Sequence record: PP456879.1
Length of the DNA stretch: 64,000 nucleotides
Direction: 5' to 3' (one strand)
A program made the position numbers and the translations under genes. The number at the start of each line of letters is the position of its first letter. Positions within the stretch are counted from its first letter, which is position 1. The notes beneath the pieces were generated by a model. That model was not told the DNA's origin, made no database searches, and saw only the letters and a list, made by a program, of their open reading frames with translations. Positions 36,493 through 53,236 of this stretch are shown here, piece by piece.

Positions 36493-37229
36493 TACAGCCC
36501 CTCGTAAATATCCTTTCGTTTTGGATTGATGCCTGCAACCTTACCTTTATCATTATTGATGTAACAAAGGAATTCATCGCAAGTGGTGGTCTTTACAAAT
36601 GGGATAATTTGAATGAGTTCTAGTAAAGTATATTCTTTACCAAAGTATTTACACATTTGTGTAAGTTGACTACACACTACATTATAAAAGCCCCTAGTAT
36701 TTTGTAGTGTAAGATACTCACCATCAATCACTCTATCATTATTTACCATGTATACATCACGAATAGGATAAGTGTCTTTTAAGGGACCATTACCAAATTT
36801 GACACCATGTACCCCATTAGGTCCATTTAGTAAATAGTATCCAGTTGGTACTGACCAATAAGTAGTTCCTTTAAATCCCAATAGATGTCCATATGGTTCA
36901 TGATAATCGGATGTATAGCACTGATCATCCTCACAGATAACCTCCTGGTACATCGAGTATTCAACAGGTAGTTGTTTAGTTGGATCACTAGGGTGAACCA
37001 CCAATATTATTGAATTTTCTGGATAACTGGTCCAACCGCAACTACCCAGTTTGGATTGCTTATTGAAATTACATGGAGCAATTCGCGGAGTATGATTAGA
37101 GTAGAATAATGGTACTCCATAAAAAGCAAGTGGTTCGTAATTAACACTAGCTTTAGTATACATGCCAATACTAATCAGAAATACTGCACAGAATATACGC
37201 ATCGATAATTTAAACATCAGTGCATCCAC
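36492..37229 (-). CDS. exported Cys-rich protein
   Basis: Signal-like MRIFCAVFLISIGMYTKA; repeated C-x4/6-C hairpins (CEDDQC, CSQLTQMC, CDEFLC). Confidence 0.72.
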   Translation of the reverse strand: MDALMFKLSMRIFCAVFLISIGMYTKASVNYEPLAFYGVPLFYSNHTPRIAPCNFNKQSKLGSCGWTSYPENSIILVVHPSDPTKQLPVEYSMYQEVICEDDQCYTSDYHEPYGHLLGFKGTTYWSVPTGYYLLNGPNGVHGVKFGNGPLKDTYPIRDVYMVNNDRVIDGEYLTLQNTRGFYNVVCSQLTQMCKYFGKEYTLLELIQIIPFVKTTTCDEFLCYINNDKGKVAGINPKRKDIYEGL

Positions 37230-38001
37230 CCTCGGTTTCCTTAATTGCTAATTTTACTAATACACTTACCCATGCGCCTTCATCGAGTAGCCAACCAGCT
37301 GCACCCGTGCCATGCTCGGCAAATCCAAGACTATCTAAATAATGTAGCATGAATGTAGTCGGACCAAATCCATATTTCTTATCACATTCATTACGTTTAG
37401 AAATATTCCACCCTTGGCGATATATATCCAATACATCATCAATATACTGCAATTCTGCTTCTGGATGACCACAACCACACAGGTTTAATAATTTGCGTGT
37501 AATGGTATTGCATGTATCACTATATTCTTTTTCATTATAATCAATGAAAGTGCCTTCCCGTTTGAATAGTTGCTTATCGGATGTTAAATCATTAAAATGA
37601 CCAGGGTAATCTTGAGATGGAAGTGCACCTAGTGCCATTAGTATAATAACACGCGGATCTTTACGCTCAACTGATTCAATGAGTACTTTAAAGTTGAGTT
37701 CTCGTTGTACCACATTGTTATCAATGTTGATATTATTCAGAAGAATGTCCATAGCTTCTTGACCATGCCAACTACGGAGGTTAGGTTGATTATTAGTATA
37801 ACCAGTGATGGTCAATTGGTTAGCTGTGTTTGATTTACCAACAGTAACATGTAAGTAATAAGGGCATTGTTCTAATTTATCAGCAATACCAGTTGAAGAT
37901 TTGTTACCCTCAAGTAGTCCAACATCGCCATGACCGATATACAAACAGATACCTTCTGTAGAAGGTTGAGTAGTATAGTTAAAGTTCAAGGATTTAAACA
38001 T
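37210..38001 (-). CDS. hypothetical protein with conserved C-terminal CGCG..EHG..GWL domain
   Basis: LCGCGHPE...YLDSLGFAEHGTGAAGWLLDEG. Confidence 0.75.
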   Translation of the reverse strand: MFKSLNFNYTTQPSTEGICLYIGHGDVGLLEGNKSSTGIADKLEQCPYYLHVTVGKSNTANQLTITGYTNNQPNLRSWHGQEAMDILLNNINIDNNVVQRELNFKVLIESVERKDPRVIILMALGALPSQDYPGHFNDLTSDKQLFKREGTFIDYNEKEYSDTCNTITRKLLNLCGCGHPEAELQYIDDVLDIYRQGWNISKRNECDKKYGFGPTTFMLHYLDSLGFAEHGTGAAGWLLDEGAWVSVLVKLAIKETEGGCTDV

Positions 38002-38028
38002 ACTCTTTCCTCTATTATAAATGATTAG

Positions 38029-38469
38029 TTATTTACCGTTTATATAAAGATTAAATGGACATTGACACATGAATTCCGCATTTAGAATACTTTCAATATT
38101 GTAACTAATTGATTTATCAGTGATGATGTTGATATCTAAATACCACGTTTTAGTATTTTGAGTAACTAGTCTGTATTCAATGTCAATACTAAAGCCAGGT
38201 GCATCGACTGGGTCATTATCACCTTCATGCTGATAAATAAAGTGTGAAGATAATGTATATCTGGCTTTAATATATTCATCTGGTTTTATAACTTTTAAAG
38301 GGGCACTAATATGTGAAATAAAACCATGATAATTAAATTCTTTATCCCTAATGTCGATAACTTTAGGAGTAACCGATATATAGGCTGGCCATTGTGGTAA
38401 ATCTAGTTCACCATGTTTAGATTGGTCTTTATCAACAATATGGAAAGCTCTAACAATCCTATTAAACAT
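38029..38469 (-). CDS. hypothetical protein
   Basis: 146 aa, SD AAGGT. Confidence 0.7.
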   Translation of the reverse strand: MFNRIVRAFHIVDKDQSKHGELDLPQWPAYISVTPKVIDIRDKEFNYHGFISHISAPLKVIKPDEYIKARYTLSSHFIYQHEGDNDPVDAPGFSIDIEYRLVTQNTKTWYLDINIITDKSISYNIESILNAEFMCQCPFNLYINGK

Positions 38470-38502
38470 TTGATATACCTTTTAACAAAAAAATTATAAA
38501 GA

Positions 38503-38525
38503 AGAGTCCCCATAATGGGGACTCT
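38503..38525 (-). terminator. intrinsic terminator
   Basis: AGAGTCCCC-loop-GGGGACTCT followed by TCTTT. Confidence 0.75.
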
Positions 38526-38538
38526 ATTATATCGTGCT

Positions 38539-38790
38539 TTATTTTTTATCGCGACTAGATGGAGCTAGCTTATAGAACTTCCGGAACTTATTAATAGACA
38601 ATGTAAATGAATCTTCCCTACCATCTGGATAACCGAGATAAACATCACGTCGAGATAGTTTAATTAGCTTATGTGCAGTTGATACACCATTGCGCTCAAC
38701 TAGAAAAGTTCGACCAATATAAGCTTCTAGATTATCAAGCTCAGTTGCAGGAATATATTTAGATTCTTTCAGAGTCAGGGTAGTGCTCAT
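38539..38790 (-). CDS. hypothetical protein (SH3/Sm-like beta pattern)
   Basis: 83-aa ORF. Confidence 0.68.
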   Translation of the reverse strand: MSTTLTLKESKYIPATELDNLEAYIGRTFLVERNGVSTAHKLIKLSRRDVYLGYPDGREDSFTLSINKFRKFYKLAPSSRDKK

Positions 38791-38826
38791 TTAATTTCGT
38801 CACCAGTTACGAAGTAATAAATTGAT

Positions 38827-39885
38827 TTATTTCCAGAGTGTTTTACCAATTAGATCATTTTCTGTGATGAAACTATCTAATTGATGTCCATAGTAAAGTA
38901 AACTATGAATTTGTTGATTTAGACGTTCTTTATTTGAACCTAAGAACATCTTGTGCTTTTCACTATCAGGTAGCTGATCGTAAACTCGTTGGCAGTACTT
39001 CTGTGCCACAACCTTACCAGATGCAAGGAAACGATCATCACCTTCGAATAACTGAGGGATAATATTTTCATCAAGATACTTACTGATTTCAGCATCTAGA
39101 TCAAAATTAATAGTGTCATCGGTTGTTGCGACAGTATCTTCTTGCTGTTCATCATTCCATGGTATTTCATAACTTACACTATCATCAAACTGATCACTAG
39201 TTGTAGTTTTAGCTAGTTGTTCATCAAATGATGATTGTTTATTTTTCTGTTTATCACGCAGGAAAATAATTGATTCAACAATCTCATTAACAATGATGTC
39301 TAGATCGCGATTGGTATCTACAACAATTGAACTAGGTTGATTAATTAAGCGTCCATAACCTTCATCTACTTTATTAAAGTAACTGGAACCCTTAGACTCA
39401 TAATAGTCAAGACCTCGGTCGCGCATTTCAATTCGTTTTTTACGAACTTCTTCAGGAGCAGTTAAAAAGAAAGTAGCCGGTTCTGGAATAGAATGTAGTG
39501 TTCCTTGAAGAATATCCATAAATAGTTTTGATAGGTATGGATTAGTTTCTTCAAAAGGTACTACATTAAGAGCATAAGTAGATGCAATGAAACGTTCAGT
39601 GATAACGATTTTATCATCTTTTAAAGCAGGTCGAATAATGTTTTCTACATTAAGCATCCTACCTGCACTATGCATCAATACATCGAATTCTGGCGGACGA
39701 ACTTCATCTTTAAATTCTGGCCAAATTAACATTTGTCGAATCTTTTCCGATGTAGCTGTACCACCTGGTTCACGCATTGCTACTACATCGTAATTGCGCT
39801 TACGTAGTTCCTCAACAACCATCTTTGTAACAGTTGTTTTACCAACACCTTCAGTTCCTTCGATACATACAAATAAACCATTCAT
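38827..39885 (-). CDS. tmk: thymidylate kinase with C-terminal extension
   Basis: FVCIEGTEGVGKTT P-loop, REPGGT, VITERF, VDTNR; about 140 extra C-terminal residues. Confidence 0.92.
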   Translation of the reverse strand: MNGLFVCIEGTEGVGKTTVTKMVVEELRKRNYDVVAMREPGGTATSEKIRQMLIWPEFKDEVRPPEFDVLMHSAGRMLNVENIIRPALKDDKIVITERFIASTYALNVVPFEETNPYLSKLFMDILQGTLHSIPEPATFFLTAPEEVRKKRIEMRDRGLDYYESKGSSYFNKVDEGYGRLINQPSSIVVDTNRDLDIIVNEIVESIIFLRDKQKNKQSSFDEQLAKTTTSDQFDDSVSYEIPWNDEQQEDTVATTDDTINFDLDAEISKYLDENIIPQLFEGDDRFLASGKVVAQKYCQRVYDQLPDSEKHKMFLGSNKERLNQQIHSLLYYGHQLDSFITENDLIGKTLWK

Positions 39886-39887
39886 TA

Positions 39888-40217
39888 CTAATCCCTCATC
39901 TTAAGTTTAATTACTGCTTCAACATTATCTTCTAAATCTTGTTGCGATAATTCTAATGAAGCTCTATAACCTAAGCTATATAGAACATCAACTAATACAT
40001 CAATGCTTAAAGCTGGTAAATTAAACATTTTAATATTCTCACTAAGTTCATCAGAGATGCCTAGTTTAGTGAAAACATCATCAATCAATACTTTTTGAGA
40101 AATGGCTTTTTGACGGGCAGTTTGTACAATTGCAATAACTAGATTATATTTGATATTGTCAGAATGTGATTTTTTATTATCACCATGAACTTCTTTAAAT
40201 AAATTCTGATCCGCCAT
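39888..40217 (-). CDS. XRE/HigA-like helix-turn-helix protein
   Basis: LVIAIVQTARQKAISQ...LGIS...SIDVLVDVLYSLGYRASLEL resembles HigA-type HTH. Confidence 0.5.
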   Translation of the reverse strand: MADQNLFKEVHGDNKKSHSDNIKYNLVIAIVQTARQKAISQKVLIDDVFTKLGISDELSENIKMFNLPALSIDVLVDVLYSLGYRASLELSQQDLEDNVEAVIKLKMRD

Positions 40218-40336
40218 AATACTCAGTTCCTTAAATTATTAAAATGTACTATTTAGCCATTAAACTTTTTTAATATAAAAATGACCAGTGGGCAATGCAC
40301 CCACTGATCTTATTATATTGAAATAGCTAGTATATA

Positions 40337-40741
40337 TTAGCTATTGACATCTTCAAAGAAGCTGGCTACACTTTCAACAACGTCAGTCATAGCGCTACTC
40401 TTATATTTGGTATCTACAACTGTTACAAGAGCACCACTGCGATCAATGATACCAGAAACAGTTGCACCGCCTGCATTATAAGAATAACCAAGCTCAGCAA
40501 TGCTTTCATTTTCTTTCATGTACGGTGCGGCTTTTTCAGCAAATACATAACTTACAGCCGCTGCTAGTTGACCTGCACCTTCATGTACCTGCGCATACTG
40601 CTCGGCAGTAACGCCTGCTGGTTGAAGAACAACTTCTTCAAATAGACCGTCAGGGATCTCAAATACCCCGGCATCAGACATGCTTACTTTTTCATTTAGG
40701 TTGTGGGTTTCGATAAACTTCTTGGTGGTTTCGATGGACAT
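40337..40741 (-). CDS. conserved jumbo-phage hypothetical protein
   Basis: 134 aa, SD GAGAG, strongly biased codons; hairpin 40286..40306 downstream. Confidence 0.78.
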   Translation of the reverse strand: MSIETTKKFIETHNLNEKVSMSDAGVFEIPDGLFEEVVLQPAGVTAEQYAQVHEGAGQLAAAVSYVFAEKAAPYMKENESIAELGYSYNAGGATVSGIIDRSGALVTVVDTKYKSSAMTDVVESVASFFEDVNS

Positions 40742-40771
40742 TTTAGTACTCTCTCTATTTACGGTGGTGGT

Positions 40772-41065
40772 TTAATTTACATCTTTTATCACAAAGCAAC
40801 TACCATCATTAAAGACAACCTTAATTAGATTATCAGTTAATGGTCGTTTATATACAACACATTTTACATCGGGGAGTTTAACTACTTCTTTTAAAGCATC
40901 TGGCATACCAATTAGATTAATGGTAGTTAATACTTTATTCAGTGGGCCAAGATGTGAAGTCAGTTCTTGCGCTGACTTAATCAAATCTACCATTGTTTTG
41001 TCTTTATCTACCATGCTAGTTACTCGATTTGATATATGAAGTACATACGTCACCCAGGTCTTCAC
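40772..41065 (-). CDS. hypothetical protein
   Basis: 97 aa, GTG start overlapping the upstream gene. Confidence 0.6.
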   Translation of the reverse strand: MKTWVTYVLHISNRVTSMVDKDKTMVDLIKSAQELTSHLGPLNKVLTTINLIGMPDALKEVVKLPDVKCVVYKRPLTDNLIKVVFNDGSCFVIKDVN

Positions 41066-41570
41066 CAGAGTCGATCATCTCACGAGCATCACCGATGGGA
41101 GTACCAGGGTGCTCACGCTCGGTTGCTTTAGCCACGTGTTCAATTGCAACTGGAGACCATCGAGCGGCGACAGCCTCACATACACCGATCGAATTCACTC
41201 TACGGATCATATGTGCACCAGTATCAATTACACTGAAACTGAGTTCACTAATAATTTCCACTCCTTTTAGTTTATCGATACTATCAATAACCTGCGTACT
41301 AATTAGATAATTAGCTGTATCGTTATTATACGCAAGCACTAGTTTGAAACTCATTAGGGAGTTATCTTTATCGGTGTCCCCAGCGATTAACTCATGATTT
41401 GAAGTGAGTGTATAGATACAACTACTCTCCTGAGCAGTAATTGGTGATCCTGGTGAAGAACTATATACACTAGGTGCATTAGCTGTATTTAGTGCAAACT
41501 TATTTACAGTGGAATTAGCGCCAGGAACTTTATAACCAATAGGTCTGGCAGTGAAAATTACAACGCTCAT
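41016..41570 (-). CDS. hypothetical early protein
   Basis: 184 aa, SD GAGGA, first gene after the 41616 promoter. Confidence 0.75.
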   Translation of the reverse strand: MSVVIFTARPIGYKVPGANSTVNKFALNTANAPSVYSSSPGSPITAQESSCIYTLTSNHELIAGDTDKDNSLMSFKLVLAYNNDTANYLISTQVIDSIDKLKGVEIISELSFSVIDTGAHMIRRVNSIGVCEAVAARWSPVAIEHVAKATEREHPGTPIGDAREMIDSGEDLGDVCTSYIKSSN

Positions 41571-41615
41571 TGTGATTCCTCTTTACTAGATAGATGGTTT
41601 CCTAATTACACACTA

Positions 41616-41640
41616 GTAATATAAATCTCAAATTTTTTTT
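41616..41640 (-). promoter_or_regulatory. phiKZ-type early promoter
   Basis: AAAAAAAATTTGAGATT-TATATTAC. Confidence 0.8.
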
Positions 41641-41653
41641 AATACGAAATAAA

Positions 41654-41671
41654 GCCTCCCCGAAGGGAGGC
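41654..41671 (-). terminator. intrinsic terminator, UUCG loop
   Basis: GCCTCCC-TTCG-GGGAGGC followed by TTTATTT. Confidence 0.82.
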
Positions 41672-41678
41672 ATTTATG

Positions 41679-42371
41679 TCAATTACCACTATAGGTACCT
41701 TCAGTACCTTGTTCTTTACGTCTTACGAGGCGTTGATGAATTGCACTAAGAGCACGGTCCATTGAATTAATCACTACCTGATTCTCTTCACATGCAAATG
41801 GGCCTGCTTGATAACCTTCAAATAAATCTTTAACGATTTTAAGTAGACAGTCAGCAGTTAGGCCATTTACACCAACTTCTGGAACAAGTCCATTCTGCAT
41901 TAGGATAACACATTCAGTCAGATTATCACCAGGCATAGCAGCTGGGTTAGTCTGAGCATTATAACCAGTTACCACATAACGTTTAGTTGCACCTGATTTC
42001 TGATCAATACCACTTGCTTCAATATTTAGACCATTTTCATCAAAATGTTCATGGCCATAAATACCTTGCATAGTTACCCATCCACCATCTTCTTGATAAA
42101 TCCAATCTACCCCATTTACATGATAAGTATCACCTGGTTCAGGGTCAGTTGGAAGATCTTTAGTAGTGGTTAATGCACGGATACGCGCATATTCTTCAAT
42201 TGCAATTTGTACATCAGTTGCAGTAATTTTCTTCTCAGGTTCAGTAGCTTCATCTTGTTGAGACTTATCGCTACCTTCCTTTTGATCATTATCCATATCG
42301 GAAGAATCTACTGTACTTTTAGCTTCTTTACTTTCTAAGGAAGCTAACCACTCAAGATTAGGTTTAGACAT
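41679..42371 (-). CDS. tad1: fusion protein: acidic N-terminus, short W-rich motif, C-terminal Tad1-like cyclic-nucleotide sponge domain
   Basis: C-terminal ~115 aa (SGATKRYVV...MQNGLVPEVGVNGLTADCLLKIVKDLFEGYQAGPFACEEN...ALSAIHQRLVRRKEQGTEGT) follows the Tad1 pattern GGA..Y.I / FQ.G...E....G....LL.IV.D.L..FQAGPF...EN / AL.....R...R.....GT; SD GAGG before ATG 42371. Confidence 0.82.
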   Translation of the reverse strand: MSKPNLEWLASLESKEAKSTVDSSDMDNDQKEGSDKSQQDEATEPEKKITATDVQIAIEEYARIRALTTTKDLPTDPEPGDTYHVNGVDWIYQEDGGWVTMQGIYGHEHFDENGLNIEASGIDQKSGATKRYVVTGYNAQTNPAAMPGDNLTECVILMQNGLVPEVGVNGLTADCLLKIVKDLFEGYQAGPFACEENQVVINSMDRALSAIHQRLVRRKEQGTEGTYSGN

Positions 42372-42378
42372 ACTTACC

Positions 42379-42684
42379 TCAATAAATGAAACCACCAATG
42401 TAAAGTGACACTACTACATCGGCAACCCGAGGGTCTTGTGAATATTTAGATTTGACTAGTTTAATAAGTTCGGCTCGATTTTTAATGAAGCCTAGTTTCT
42501 TATTATCAATTTCTTCAGCTTTAATTAGGAAGTCATCTAACTTCTTCTTACTACCCAGTAAATTAATCACCATTTGATCAATAACTGCATTAGAATTTGA
42601 TAGTTTAGTTAATTCTTGTTCAAAAACTTCCTTACGTCCTTCTGATCCAATTAAAGCTAGACCGATCTTTTTAAGTAGAGACAT
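42379..42684 (-). CDS. hypothetical protein
   Basis: 101 aa, in the tail operon. Confidence 0.7.
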   Translation of the reverse strand: MSLLKKIGLALIGSEGRKEVFEQELTKLSNSNAVIDQMVINLLGSKKKLDDFLIKAEEIDNKKLGFIKNRAELIKLVKSKYSQDPRVADVVVSLYIGGFIY

Positions 42685-42742
42685 GTTAATTACCTATTAC
42701 ATTGGTTTAAGAATGGTTACAATAAATAACTATTCCAAGTAT

Positions 42743-51506
<8,764 letters not shown>

Positions 51507-51581
51507 ATTAAACTCCATTGACGATTAGTAAAGTATCATATCGTTGTTTAACTTAGTATTACCAAAATAGGAAAATAGAAA

Positions 51582-53234
51582 ATGAAGAAGGCATTAGTTC
51601 CTTTTAATATTTCTTTACTTATTCCCACTAAAGAACAATTAAAGTTCTTAGGTCAAGTAAAGAGTCATGAGATATTTGAAGGTTTAGGTGGTAACTTTCA
51701 TGAAGATGGTTTGTTCTCTGTTTCCATTTTTGGAAGAGTTGGATCAACTGATCGTGAGAGTTTATTTGGATATATTCATTTAGGTTTAGAACTTATCCAT
51801 CCAGCTGTATATCGAAACTTAATTAAATTAAAAGCTTTCTATGAAGAAATTATTCTTGGTAAGGCATTTGCAGTATTTGACGAATCTATTAAAGATTTTA
51901 TCCGCGCCGATGAACTAACTGGTAAAACTGGTTATACATTCTTTTTTGATAACTGGAAACGAATTGACTTTGGGTCCACTAAGTCAGGGGTTCGGCTATC
52001 AAGGTTACAATTAATCGAAAAATATAAAGATAACTGTATTTTTAAAGACATGCTTGTAACACCAGCCGCTTATCGTGATGCAGAGATTGATGAGAATAAT
52101 CGTGTTGAGATGGATGAGATCAATGAACACTATAGGTATCTATTAAATCAGTCGTTTGGTGTACCTGATAGCTTTGGACCAAATGATGACTTGAGTATCT
52201 ATGATCGCAAACGAGTAGCAATGCAAAACACCGTATTAGCTATTTATGAACATTATGAACGACTGCTATCCGGTAAACGTGGATACATTCAATCTAAATG
52301 GGCATCCCGTCGTATTGCCAATGGTACACGTAACGTCATTAGTTCGCTAGATACTAATGCTGCTGATCTTGATTCACCTAATCGACCAACATTCAAAGAT
52401 GCCGTAGTTGGCTTACATCAAGCAGCTCGTTCAGTTGCACCGCGTACAATCTTTGCACTAAGGCAAGGTGTAGTTGGTGAAGTGTTTGATACAGTTACTA
52501 ACACTGTACAGCTCATCAATAAGAAAACACTACGTTTAGAATGGGTCGATATCTCTAACGAAGATATGGATTTATGGGGAACTCCTGAAGGGCAAGAACA
52601 AATCATCAATGAGTTAGATGTCATTGAAAAACGTTCACGTGCAATTGAAATTGCTGATCATTATCTAGCCCTTATTTACGTTGATGATAAACAGAATTTT
52701 AAAATATTCCGCAACATCGATGAGTTACCTACTAATCTAAATAAGAAATTTGTTAGACCTATTACTTATGCCGAATTAGTTTACCTTAGTGGATTAAGTA
52801 TGTGGCGAACAAACTCAGCGTTTGTTACACGATATCCTGTAGAAAACTACAATAGCTCTATCCCCTGTAAGATGTATGTTAAAACAACCGTAGTGGGTGA
52901 ATTACGTTATCCGTTAAATGATCAATGGGAACGTGATGATACGTTGGAACCAGCCTTAGAATTCCCTGTGTTTGAATTAAATAAACCAGCCCAGTGGCAT
53001 GACTCAGTATCCATCTCTCCTTCTATTCTCGCGCCATTGGGGGCGGATTTTGACGGGGACACTGTATCATTTAACGCAGTTTATTCAGAGGAAGCTATCG
53101 CTGAAACAGATGCTTTCTTTAAGAAACGTATTGCATATATACATGCCGATGGTCGACTGGCATTTAGTGTTGGTGTCCATACACTCAATTTAACTCTTCG
53201 GTACATGACTGGGGAACCCAAACAAAGGGATTAA
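51582..53234 (+). CDS. rpoC: virion RNA polymerase beta-prime subunit part (phiKZ gp180-like)
   Basis: GLFSVSIFG, GYIHL, HPAVY, SGKRGYI..K...RR, RYP, catalytic GADFDGD. Confidence 0.93.
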   Translation: MKKALVPFNISLLIPTKEQLKFLGQVKSHEIFEGLGGNFHEDGLFSVSIFGRVGSTDRESLFGYIHLGLELIHPAVYRNLIKLKAFYEEIILGKAFAVFDESIKDFIRADELTGKTGYTFFFDNWKRIDFGSTKSGVRLSRLQLIEKYKDNCIFKDMLVTPAAYRDAEIDENNRVEMDEINEHYRYLLNQSFGVPDSFGPNDDLSIYDRKRVAMQNTVLAIYEHYERLLSGKRGYIQSKWASRRIANGTRNVISSLDTNAADLDSPNRPTFKDAVVGLHQAARSVAPRTIFALRQGVVGEVFDTVTNTVQLINKKTLRLEWVDISNEDMDLWGTPEGQEQIINELDVIEKRSRAIEIADHYLALIYVDDKQNFKIFRNIDELPTNLNKKFVRPITYAELVYLSGLSMWRTNSAFVTRYPVENYNSSIPCKMYVKTTVVGELRYPLNDQWERDDTLEPALEFPVFELNKPAQWHDSVSISPSILAPLGADFDGDTVSFNAVYSEEAIAETDAFFKKRIAYIHADGRLAFSVGVHTLNLTLRYMTGEPKQRD

Positions 53235-53236
53235 TC

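Noticed and set aside
1027-41671. Recurrent CCTCCC-CGAA-GGGAGG hairpins as a possible CRISPR array or REP family
   Set aside because: Irregular kb-scale spacing, always just after stop codons, with UUCG loops and T-tails on the coding strand: these are terminators
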